Shown here: piece by piece, positions 6,576 to 14,096 of the stretch
Layout: each line of letters starts with the position of its first letter
Numbering within the stretch: position 1 is the first letter of the stretch
Assembly (NCBI GenBank): GCA_014189685.1
Contig: DVAB01000033.1
Coordinates: 2,298-34,297 of the forward strand
Source: Candidatus Naiadarchaeum limnaeum
Lineage (GTDB): Archaea > Undinarchaeota > Undinarchaeia > Undinarchaeales > Naiadarchaeaceae
Direction of reading: 5' to 3'
Length of the DNA: 32,000 nt
Notes under the pieces: model-generated
What the model saw: the letters and a program-made list of their open reading frames with translations, nothing else
What the model was told of the DNA's origin: nothing
The model's database searches: none
Translations under genes and position numbers: made by a program

Positions 6576-8303
6576 ATGACTCCAGAATTACTGCTCGAGC
6601 AAAAGATAAAGGAAGTAAATGAAGTTCTTACTTACGAAAAGCTGAGTGAAATTGTCGGGCAAAAACTTTCTACTACTTATACTGCAGATCTACCTCACAA
6701 AACTCAGTCTCTCTGCCCAGAGTGCACTCGAATTTTAGATTCAATTGTTTATGCTGAAAACAACCGCGTTTACATTCTACGGAAATGCCCAGAGCATGGC
6801 GAAATTAAAGAGGTTTACTGGGAAGACCTGGAGATGTACAATAAAGCAAAGGGCTTTGGAACTAAACCAAAACAATTAGAGAATCCAAACATGCGTTTAC
6901 TTCCGAATTTAGGAGCGAACTGCCCAACCGATTGTGGACTTTGCCGCCGCCATAAGTCCCATACTGCCCTAGGAAATATTGTTGTCACAAACCGCTGCGA
7001 TTTAAGCTGCTGGTATTGCTTCTTCTATGCAAAAGAGGGCGAGCCAATCTACGAGCCCTCAATCCAGCTTTTGAAAAACATGCTTCTTGACTATAGAAAC
7101 GAGCGCCCTGTTCCGACAAATGCAATTCAAATCACCGGAGGCGAACCTTCTATAAGAGATGACATAGTTGATATCGTACGCATGACAAAATCAATTGGAT
7201 TTGACCATATTCAATTCAATACAAATGGAATAACAGTTGCTCACAAAGGCCCTGAATTTGCAAAAGCTCTCCGCGAGGCTGGAGCAAATGTTATTTACAT
7301 GAGTTTTGATGGCGTTTCCCCGCGCACAAATCCAAAGAACCACTGGGAAGTTCCATATGCTCTTGATGCTTACCGCGCTGCAAAGCAGCATGTTGTTCTT
7401 GTCCCGACTGTAATTAGAAGTGTTAACGACCACGAAGTTGGGCAGATGATTAATTTTGGGCTAAATAATTTAGACGCTGTAAAAGCAGTTAACTTCCAGC
7501 CTGTTTCTCTTGTTGGAAGAATGCCGGCTAGAGTTCGCGAAAGACAGAGAATAACAATCCCTGGAACAATCCGTGCAATTGAAGAGCAAACGAACGGAGC
7601 AATCGCAAGAGAAGACTGGTTTACAGTTCCGTGTGTTTCTAGAATTACACACTTTATCGAGGCAATAACAAAGAAAGCCCAGTACGATTTGACAATTCAT
7701 TTTGCCTGCGGAATGGGTTCATATGTTTATCTCGATAGAGAAAAAGAAAAGGTAATTCCAATTACACGATTTATAGATGTTGAAAGTTTGACTGAGTATT
7801 TGGACACATTAGCTGAGGAAATCCAAGCAGGAAAAATGACAAAGGCAGGCGCAGGCGCAAGATTACTTTTGAAACTTAAATCATTTACTGACAGCAAAAA
7901 CACTCCAAAGGACTTCAAGTTTTCAAGATTACTCTGGAATATGCTCATAAAGCACGATTACTCTGCTGTCGGCGAATTGCAGACAAAAATGATGTTCATT
8001 GGAATGATGCACTTTATGGACAAGTACAACTATGATATTGAGCGCGTAGAAAGATGTGACATTCACTATGTAATGCCAGATGGCAGAATTTTGCCTTTCT
8101 GCACATTCAATGTTATTCCAGAAATGTATCGCGATAAGGTGCAATCTCAATACTCAATGAGTGTGAAGGAATGGGGCTCAAGACAAAACAAGGCTGATTT
8201 CAAGTACGAGGACGATAAGTATCACAGAGATATTAAAAAATTAACAGAGGGCGCGCCGTATCAGAAAGCTTACAAACAGCAAACGAATTATTTCCAGGCT
8301 TAA
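6576..8303 (+). CDS. tes: Radical SAM enzyme of the COG1964 family, tetraether lipid synthase (Tes / GDGT-MAS)-like
   Basis: N-terminal Zn-ribbon/rubredoxin-like CPEC..x21..CPEHG, an auxiliary CPTDCGLCRRH, and the radical SAM motif NRCDLSCWYC, followed by ITGGEP. The ~575-aa length and domain order match the MJ0619/Tes family from memory. Confidence 0.6.
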   Translation: MTPELLLEQKIKEVNEVLTYEKLSEIVGQKLSTTYTADLPHKTQSLCPECTRILDSIVYAENNRVYILRKCPEHGEIKEVYWEDLEMYNKAKGFGTKPKQLENPNMRLLPNLGANCPTDCGLCRRHKSHTALGNIVVTNRCDLSCWYCFFYAKEGEPIYEPSIQLLKNMLLDYRNERPVPTNAIQITGGEPSIRDDIVDIVRMTKSIGFDHIQFNTNGITVAHKGPEFAKALREAGANVIYMSFDGVSPRTNPKNHWEVPYALDAYRAAKQHVVLVPTVIRSVNDHEVGQMINFGLNNLDAVKAVNFQPVSLVGRMPARVRERQRITIPGTIRAIEEQTNGAIAREDWFTVPCVSRITHFIEAITKKAQYDLTIHFACGMGSYVYLDREKEKVIPITRFIDVESLTEYLDTLAEEIQAGKMTKAGAGARLLLKLKSFTDSKNTPKDFKFSRLLWNMLIKHDYSAVGELQTKMMFIGMMHFMDKYNYDIERVERCDIHYVMPDGRILPFCTFNVIPEMYRDKVQSQYSMSVKEWGSRQNKADFKYEDDKYHRDIKKLTEGAPYQKAYKQQTNYFQA

Positions 8304-8313
8304 TTTTACTAAG

Positions 8314-8778
8314 ATGTCAGGCGAACTCACAAAAAGCACTGTAAACCCAACTCCAAAACTAAAGAAGGAGAAATGGGTTGATCCAGTTTATGCAGAGCTT
8401 CCTCTAAAAAAAGTGCGCAAACTAACTGCTAAAGTTACAAATCTAAAATCACCTCCATACGCAGCTCATGTTCAATACAATCTCTCAATTCAGGATCCGA
8501 TTTTGCGCGTTCTTGTGGATTTTCGAGGACTTTTGGAAGTTATTTATGAGCCGCACTCAATAACAAAAGAGGAGATTAAGGATTTTATCGAGAATAAAAT
8601 GAAGACTTATGATCTGCAAACAAAACACACAGTCAAAATAGAGAAGGACGAGGAAATGGATTATATAGAGATTCCAAAGAGCTCCTTTAATTTAACAGCG
8701 CGCGAGCTCTCAGATAAGGAAAAGGTTGGCGGAAGTTTTAACCATATGAGCACTGGGATGAAGGAGAGCTTGACTTAA
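8314..8778 (+). CDS. Hypothetical protein, probably co-transcribed with the tes-like gene
   Basis: 154-aa ORF starting 10 nt after the tes-like stop, on the same strand. No recognisable motif beyond a possible ferredoxin-like segment (ILRVLVDFRGLLEVIYEPHSITKEEIKDFIE) that lacks metal-binding cysteines. Confidence 0.55.
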   Translation: MSGELTKSTVNPTPKLKKEKWVDPVYAELPLKKVRKLTAKVTNLKSPPYAAHVQYNLSIQDPILRVLVDFRGLLEVIYEPHSITKEEIKDFIENKMKTYDLQTKHTVKIEKDEEMDYIEIPKSSFNLTARELSDKEKVGGSFNHMSTGMKESLT

Positions 8779-8811
8779 AACATAAATATTTGTATATCCA
8801 TAGCTTCTTTT

Positions 8812-9063
8812 GTGGTTACTTTCGAGATAATTTTTGATGATGAATCTGAAGGGAGGAGATATATAAAGGAAGTTCTTGAGGCCCTAAAAACAAGATTTTT
8901 AAAAGATATTGGTAAAACGCTTACTTATTTTACAGAAGAGGAGCGCGGTCGGTTTGTTATTTTTGTTAGTGCCCCAGATTTACCAATGATAGGTATAGCC
9001 ATAAGCGCTCTGAAAGAAGAAGGTTATAAATATCGTGGATTTGCGCGCGTAAAAGAAACATAA
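8812..9063 (+). CDS. Hypothetical small protein (GTG start)
   Basis: 83-aa ORF. A TATA-like CATAAATATTTGTATAT lies ~20-30 nt upstream, consistent with a leaderless transcript. No family recognised. Confidence 0.5.
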   Translation: MVTFEIIFDDESEGRRYIKEVLEALKTRFLKDIGKTLTYFTEEERGRFVIFVSAPDLPMIGIAISALKEEGYKYRGFARVKET

Positions 9064-9070
9064 TTATAAT

Positions 9071-9379
9071 TTATTTCAGAATTCTCGGCATAACAAATAT
9101 CCAAAAATAAAGATAGGCATACCCCATTCCAACCCCAAAAATAAAAGCATGCCACAGGCCGAAATTTAGCATAACATATCCCAAAATTACCCCAATACTT
9201 GCGATAATCCCTGTTTCTGAAAAAGCCTTTTTGCTCGCAAATGGCAAAAGAAACTTAATTGGAACAAAAAGCAAAATTGCCCCAAGTACAAATGCGAATT
9301 TGGGCTCAATTCCAAGCTTTAGTGTTAATGCTGTCAATCCGCCGCTCAATATTGCCGCGGTGTTAAAGATTATACCCAT
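9071..9379 (-). CDS. Small integral membrane protein
   Basis: 102 aa with three to four hydrophobic helices. No family recognised. Confidence 0.6.
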   Translation of the reverse strand: MGIIFNTAAILSGGLTALTLKLGIEPKFAFVLGAILLFVPIKFLLPFASKKAFSETGIIASIGVILGYVMLNFGLWHAFIFGVGMGYAYLYFWIFVMPRILK

Positions 9380-9445
9380 TGTTTGCCATTCTAACGGCGC
9401 TGATGCTAAATAAAGTTTATCTATATAGTCTCAATATAGCAAATT

Positions 9446-10468
9446 ATGGGCGTAGATTTGGGAGATTTAATCGAAAAACAAGAAATTGAGCTAGAGGACT
9501 TGCGCGGCAAAAAAATTGCAATCGATGCCCTGAACGCGATTTACCAGTTTCTTTCAATAATTAGGCAGCCAGATGGCACTCCTTTAATAGATTCCAACAA
9601 AAACATAACCTCGCATCTATCTGGCCTTTTTTATAGAACAACCCGTTTAATGGAAATCGGAATTATTCCTTGCTATGTTTTTGATGGTGAGCCGCCAAAA
9701 TTAAAATCAGCTACTGTTGAGGAACGAAAAGAAATCCGCCGCGAAGCTGAAAAGAAATGGAAAGCAGCTCTAGAAGCTGGCGAGCTCGCAGAAGCAAGAA
9801 AATATGCGCAAGCCGCAAGCAGAGTAACAGAGTCAATGCTTGAGGAGAGTAAAAAACTCTTAAACGCTCTTGGGATTCCTGTTGTGCAAGCCCCTTCTGA
9901 AGGAGAAGCTCAGGCTGCATACATTTGTCAGCAAGGAGATGTTTATTCGGTAGGAAGCCAAGATTACGATGCGCTTTTATTCGGTGCGCCGCGATTGTTG
10001 AGAAACATAACTATTACGGGAAAAAGAAAAGTTCCGCGCAAAAATATCTATGTTGAGGTAAAGCCAGAGATGATCGAACTAGATTCAGCTATCAAGGAAA
10101 TTGAGGTAACTCGAGAGCAACTGATTGAAATGGGAATTTTAATTGGAACAGATTTTAATGAAGGTGTAAAAGGAATCGGGCCGAAAAAAAGTCTTGCTCA
10201 CATAAAGGAAAAATCCTTGAAAGAATGGATTAAAGAAGGAAAATTTGAATTTGAAGTGGATGTTGAAGTCTTAAAGAAAATTTTTCTTAAACCTGAAATA
10301 ACTAAAAACTATTCTCTTAACTGGCAGCCCTATGATCAAGAAAAATTAATTGAAATTTTACACGAAAAGCATGACTTCTCGAAGGAAAGAATAGAAAACG
10401 CTCTTGAGAAATTAGAAAAATCGCGCGGTGCAAAAGACCAAAAAAGTTTGCAGGAATGGTTTAGATAA
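9446..10468 (+). CDS. fen: Flap endonuclease 1
   Basis: MGVDLGDLI..IAIDALNAIYQFLS..GEPP..K, then APSEGEAQAAY..SQDYDALLFGAP and the H3TH segment GTDFNEGVKGIGPKK. Canonical archaeal FEN1. Confidence 0.95.
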   Translation: MGVDLGDLIEKQEIELEDLRGKKIAIDALNAIYQFLSIIRQPDGTPLIDSNKNITSHLSGLFYRTTRLMEIGIIPCYVFDGEPPKLKSATVEERKEIRREAEKKWKAALEAGELAEARKYAQAASRVTESMLEESKKLLNALGIPVVQAPSEGEAQAAYICQQGDVYSVGSQDYDALLFGAPRLLRNITITGKRKVPRKNIYVEVKPEMIELDSAIKEIEVTREQLIEMGILIGTDFNEGVKGIGPKKSLAHIKEKSLKEWIKEGKFEFEVDVEVLKKIFLKPEITKNYSLNWQPYDQEKLIEILHEKHDFSKERIENALEKLEKSRGAKDQKSLQEWFR

Positions 10469-11122
10469 TTATCTTTTCTTTTTCATTAAGTTCTCAATTT
10501 CTTTCAAATAATTTTTTGCTTCCTCATCGCTCACCTGCTGAAAATTTTCATAAAACTCGCCCACAGCTCCAAAAAATATTGGAGTTTTCAAACAAATAAC
10601 CTCATCCGCCTCATCCTTTAACTTTTCAACTCCTTCAATCGGGCCGACAGGAATTGCAATTATTAATTTTTTTGGTTTTGTTTTTTTAACAATGCGCGCA
10701 CAGAGAATCATTGTAGCTCCAGTAGCGATTCCATCATCCACAATAATCACAATTTTATTTTTCAAGTTCGGCGGCTTTATTTTTCCTCTAAATAATTCAT
10801 ATCGTTTTTCTACTTCTTCTGCAAGTTCCTCCCTTTTCTCCTCAATATAATCTTTCGGAACATCATGTGCAACATCTTGATTCAAAACTAATTCTCCTTC
10901 CAATCCAACTGCGCCCACAGCAAGCTCCTCATTATACGGATGCCCAAGTTTCTTCACAATTATAACATCCAGCGGCAATCTCAATTCTTTTGCAAGAGCA
11001 TTTCCAATTTCCAATCCGCCGCGGGGAATTGCTAAAATTATCGCATCTTTTTTCCCTTTGTATTGCTGCAGCTCGCGCGCTAAAAAAACTCCTGCTTCTT
11101 TTCGATCTTTAAAAGTAACCAT
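10469..11122 (-). CDS. Predicted phosphoribosyltransferase (COG1926-like)
   Basis: FKDRKEAG..LA..L.., ILAIPRGG, and the PRPP-binding loop VIIVDDGIATGATM. Its stop abuts the fen stop with no gap. Confidence 0.8.
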   Translation of the reverse strand: MVTFKDRKEAGVFLARELQQYKGKKDAIILAIPRGGLEIGNALAKELRLPLDVIIVKKLGHPYNEELAVGAVGLEGELVLNQDVAHDVPKDYIEEKREELAEEVEKRYELFRGKIKPPNLKNKIVIIVDDGIATGATMILCARIVKKTKPKKLIIAIPVGPIEGVEKLKDEADEVICLKTPIFFGAVGEFYENFQQVSDEEAKNYLKEIENLMKKKR

Positions 11123-11156
11123 AATAATTTAATCAAGTTCTTTTATTATTAACTCT

Positions 11157-11570
11157 ATGGTTAAGGAAACAATAATTGCACGTGGCCACCCAAATGTTCT
11201 CGGAATTCATAGAACAACTATTGAAATTACTAAAGAGTCTCATTTAACGCACAAAGGAGATTGCATAATTGGAGTAAATGCAGACAAAGCTTGTTCTGAC
11301 CTCTCAGATGATTTGAAAAAAGAATTGAAGAAAGAAAAAAAGTTTGAAATAATTCTGCGCGCTGGCGATTCTGAAGAGAGAATTACAGGTTTTGGTTCTC
11401 CAAATTTGCTTTTATCACATAGAGACGACATAATTTTGCGAAAATCTTCTTACATTGATGCGCGCACTTTACTAATAAAATGTGATAAAGCATGTTCTGA
11501 TTTAAATAGAGGATTTGTAAATAAACTAAAAGATCCGAACACAAAAATTGAAATGATTATTTCTTGCTAA
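11157..11570 (+). CDS. DUF371 domain protein
   Basis: IIARGHPNVLGIHRTTIEITKESHLTHKGDCIIGVNADKACSDL matches the archaeal DUF371 pattern. The second half is an internal duplication (KCDKACSDL). Confidence 0.7.
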   Translation: MVKETIIARGHPNVLGIHRTTIEITKESHLTHKGDCIIGVNADKACSDLSDDLKKELKKEKKFEIILRAGDSEERITGFGSPNLLLSHRDDIILRKSSYIDARTLLIKCDKACSDLNRGFVNKLKDPNTKIEMIISC

Positions 11571-12126
11571 CAAATTCGGAATCGACATAAAATCTCCATA
11601 ATTTATCTGTGGCTACTCTAATTCCAATTCGCGGAGCGCGATAGATTTTCCTAATTTCTTCCTCGCTATCCAATATGACAAAAGTTCCCTGCGTTAAATC
11701 TGTTCCATTTAATTTTTTATCAATCCCAAAAGCCTGAGTTAACTTTCCCGGTCCGCTTGTTAAATTTTTTAACTCCTCTGTTTTGCGGTTTCTTTGCATA
11801 ATTTCAATTCCTTCTAAAGGCTCAACCGCGCGGATCAAAACAGCCTCTGCAATTCCCTCTGGCTGAGTAACTGCATTTAAGCAATGGTACATTCCATAAG
11901 TAAAATAAACATAAGCATGCCCTGCAGGCCCAAACATAACTTTGTTTCTTTCTGTCATACCTCGGGAAGCATGGCACGCTGGATCATTCCTCAAATATCC
12001 TTCTGTTTCAACAATTTTTCCGCTCAAAACTTTTCCATTCCTTTTATACCACAAAATTTTTCCTAAAAGCTCACGCGCAACTTTTAAAGTTGGCTGCAAA
12101 TAAAAATTTCTTTTCAGAATTTTCAT
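11557..12126 (-). CDS. mpg: DNA-3-methyladenine glycosylase (Mpg/AAG family)
   Basis: FY..PTLKVARELLGK, ETEGYLRNDPACHASRGMTERNKVMFGPAGHAYVYFTYGMYHCLN. Its 3' end overlaps the DUF371 gene by 14 nt. Confidence 0.9.
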   Translation of the reverse strand: MKILKRNFYLQPTLKVARELLGKILWYKRNGKVLSGKIVETEGYLRNDPACHASRGMTERNKVMFGPAGHAYVYFTYGMYHCLNAVTQPEGIAEAVLIRAVEPLEGIEIMQRNRKTEELKNLTSGPGKLTQAFGIDKKLNGTDLTQGTFVILDSEEEIRKIYRAPRIGIRVATDKLWRFYVDSEFVSKK

Positions 12127-13163
12127 TTCTTAATCCCTTTCGTTAGCACTTCACACCCATCTTTTGTAACTAAAATATCATCCTCAATTCTAACCCCAAA
12201 TTTTCCGCTCAAATAAATTCCGGGCTCAATGGTACAGATCATATTTTCTTTTAAAATCTCTTTGCTTTTTTCAGCAATTGCAGGCGCCTCATGAATTTCC
12301 AATCCAATCCCATGGCCCGTTGAATGAATAAATTTGTAACCTTTTTTCTTCAATTCGCCGCGCACAAAGTTATCAATCGCGTTTGCCTTAACTCCTGGTT
12401 TGACTTTTTCAATTGCTTTTTCCTGGACATTTAAAACTAAATCATAAATTTTTTCAAATTCAGTATCATTTTCTTTTAAAGAAAAAGTTCTTGTCACATC
12501 TGCATGATATCCTTTGTAAGCAGCCCCAGAATCGATAAGCAATGCCCCATTTCCATTGTTCAAAGTTGTTTTTGCATGCGGCAAAGCAGAATTGGAATCA
12601 TAAGCAACAATAGGATCAAAAGCTAATTTCGCGTTGTTTTGCGCACAAATAAATCCAATATCTGCAGAAATTTGCGTTTCATTTTTTGAAAAATCCAAAT
12701 TTTGATAAAATTTTGCAGTTATATTCGCAGCTTTTTTAATTAAAGCAATTTCTCCCTGAGTTTTTATTATTCTTAAATTTTTTATAGCGCTGCTAAAATC
12801 AGTCAACTTTAATTTAGCCTTTAATTTTTCAAAAGTATTTGCTGGCAAAAATTCCCCATTAATTCCAACTTTTTTCCCTCTTAAACTTTTTGTTATATTT
12901 TCAAGAGTCTTTTGTTTTGGCAATTCTTCTATTTGTTTTATCCAAGTTTCTTTTTCACAGCGCTCAATTTCAAATTGCGGCAAATATAATTTTTCGAAAT
13001 CCTTCCCTATTATTGCATAGGAATGCTCAACCCATTCAATTCCTGTAAAATAGTAAAGTGTGTTATCAATATGCTCAGAGCTAAAATTAATCAAAAGTAA
13101 AGCATCCAGCTTTTTCTTTTCCAATTCTTTTCTCAGATTTTCAGTTTGTTCTTTTCCAATCAT
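12123..13163 (-). CDS. M24-family Xaa-Pro aminopeptidase/dipeptidase
   Basis: Creatinase-like N-domain plus a pita-bread fold with metal ligands in order (IDSGAAYKGYHADVTRT, HSTGHGIGLEIHE, TIEPGIY, RIEDD). ATGA overlap with mpg. Confidence 0.85.
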   Translation of the reverse strand: MIGKEQTENLRKELEKKKLDALLLINFSSEHIDNTLYYFTGIEWVEHSYAIIGKDFEKLYLPQFEIERCEKETWIKQIEELPKQKTLENITKSLRGKKVGINGEFLPANTFEKLKAKLKLTDFSSAIKNLRIIKTQGEIALIKKAANITAKFYQNLDFSKNETQISADIGFICAQNNAKLAFDPIVAYDSNSALPHAKTTLNNGNGALLIDSGAAYKGYHADVTRTFSLKENDTEFEKIYDLVLNVQEKAIEKVKPGVKANAIDNFVRGELKKKGYKFIHSTGHGIGLEIHEAPAIAEKSKEILKENMICTIEPGIYLSGKFGVRIEDDILVTKDGCEVLTKGIKK

Positions 13164-13269
13164 TCTCGCCAGGCCGCGAGTAGGCCGGACTACATTAGGG
13201 GCATGCTCGCTTCTTTAAAGTTTATGAGCTCGCAGCCCCTAAATAGGCCTCTCGTCTCCTTCTATTTTT
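13164..13269. repeat. GC-rich structured element, copy C (candidate small RNA or 5' leader; strand unresolved)
   Basis: Starts at the base next to the peptidase start codon. The 23-mer is identical to copy B. A 5-bp closing helix (13182-13186/13246-13250) encloses the hairpin AGGGGC-AT-GCTC..GAGC-TCGCA-GCCCCT (13197-13240) shared with copy A. Ends in CTTCTATTTTT (13259-13269). Confidence 0.6.
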
Positions 13270-13300
13270 AATAGCATTGAATTTTGATTTTTATATAAGT

Positions 13301-13385
13301 GCGGGGGACAGGATTTGAACCTGCGTACTCGCTAGGAGACAAGACCCTGAATCTTGCGCCTTTGACCAGACTCGGCCACCCCCGC
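13301..13385 (-). tRNA. tRNA-Leu (anticodon CAG), class II, no intron, CCA not encoded
   Basis: Hand-folded cloverleaf: acceptor GCGGGGG/CCCCCGC; anticodon stem CAAGA/UCUUG with loop UUCAGGG; 15-nt variable arm; T arm GCAGG-UUCAAAU-CCUGU. Confidence 0.9.
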
Positions 13386-13422
13386 GTAAGTATTATAAAA
13401 ATTAACTAGGTATAATTATCTT

Positions 13423-13566
13423 ATGGCCACAGACGTACTTGGAATTTGTTGCTCATGCTCAAATCCAGCAAAGCATACATGCAGTACTTGTGCTAAAATT
13501 TTTTGCGATGCTCACTTTAATAAAACAAAATTTCAGTGTGTTGAATGCGTACAAAAGCATTCCTAA
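13423..13566 (+). CDS. Small Cys/His-rich zinc-finger protein (47 aa; below the ORF-track cutoff)
   Basis: MATDVLGICCSCSNPAKHTCSTCAKIFCDAHFNKTKFQCVECVQKHS. It has cross-braced C/H pairs (CxC..HxC..CxxC..CxxH..CxxC..H). An ATTATAAAAATT box lies ~25 nt upstream, suggesting a leaderless mRNA. Confidence 0.45.
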   Translation: MATDVLGICCSCSNPAKHTCSTCAKIFCDAHFNKTKFQCVECVQKHS

Positions 13567-13568
13567 CT

Positions 13569-13829
13569 TTAAATCAGAGTCATCGCCTCTTGATTTACAC
13601 TGCTAATCCCTTTCAGCGAATTTAATTTTTTTTCAATCTCTTCCAATCCAGTTGTTTGAACCCTATCATCCATAACAAAAGTCGCAAAAATCTGGTTCAT
13701 CCCAAACATAAATGGCTTAATCTCAAAATTGTCAAAATGCGGAATTTTTTTTATTTGCTCTGCTATTGCATTTAAATTTGTTTTAGGACTTTCTGGCTTT
13801 AAGCTATAAATAAGAACTACTTTTCCCAT
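13569..13829 (-). CDS. ef1b: Translation elongation factor aEF-1 beta
   Basis: 86 aa. MGKVV....KPESP..NL.AI...IKK and the C-terminal GLEEIEKKL..LKGISSV match the archaeal EF-1beta pattern and size. Confidence 0.8.
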   Translation of the reverse strand: MGKVVLIYSLKPESPKTNLNAIAEQIKKIPHFDNFEIKPFMFGMNQIFATFVMDDRVQTTGLEEIEKKLNSLKGISSVNQEAMTLI

Positions 13830-13994
13830 CTAAGGTCCAACAAACCCGCATTCACAGGTATATTCCCTTGATAATTTTTTACATCTCCCGCAGCGGCCGA
13901 TTTTATTTTTGCCGCAAGAAGGACAAATAAGCTCAACACTAGAGGTATCTGCCCTCAATTCTGTTCCGCAGGATGTACAATGCACTGTTTTCAT
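13830..13994 (-). CDS. Zn-ribbon protein (COG2888-like), the usual upstream partner of aEF-1beta (54 aa; not in the ORF track)
   Basis: Hand translation gives MKTVHCTSCGTELRADTSSVELICPSCGKNKIGRCGRCKKLSREYTCECGFVGP, with four CxxC-type pairs. Its stop abuts the ef1b ATG, which is the conserved archaeal gene order. Confidence 0.7.
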   Translation of the reverse strand: MKTVHCTSCGTELRADTSSVELICPSCGKNKIGRCGRCKKLSREYTCECGFVGP

Positions 13995-14096
13995 AAAATT
14001 TTTAACAAACCACTTAAACTGACATGCTTATAAAACTTGTCTTTAAGTAAGCTTTTTAAATAACTTGCTTACAATATACCACTCCCGGGGAGTACA

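Noticed and set aside
8836-8849. GATGATGA followed by CTGA, resembling box C and box D of a C/D sRNA
   Set aside because: Only 2 nt separate the boxes, leaving no room for a guide. There are no C'/D' boxes or terminal stem, and the motif lies inside a CDS (codons DDESE).
9231-9413. 60-aa plus-strand ORF
   Set aside because: It is almost entirely antisense to the 102-aa membrane-protein gene, whose hydrophobic helices give a far more convincing coding signal. It has no motifs.
9782-9791. The 10-mer GAGCTCGCAG inside fen, identical to part of the copy C hairpin arm (13226-13235)
   Set aside because: It is short and partly palindromic (GAGCTC), lies in a conserved coding region with no flanking similarity, and is compatible with chance.
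3996-13186. The identical 23-nt direct repeats next to a tRNA gene as attL/attR of a ~9.2-kb integrated element
   Set aside because: The enclosed genes are housekeeping (carS, fen, mpg, peptidase, PRTase). There is no integrase, and the repeat is not derived from the tRNA-Leu sequence. A third related copy also lies outside the interval. The repeats are better explained as members of a dispersed element family.
13901-13913. TTTTATTTTTGCC, identical to the T-run plus GCC of copy B (4121-4133)
   Set aside because: It lies inside the well-supported Zn-ribbon CDS (minus-strand codons GKNKI). It is AT-rich and low-complexity, and there is no other element module nearby.
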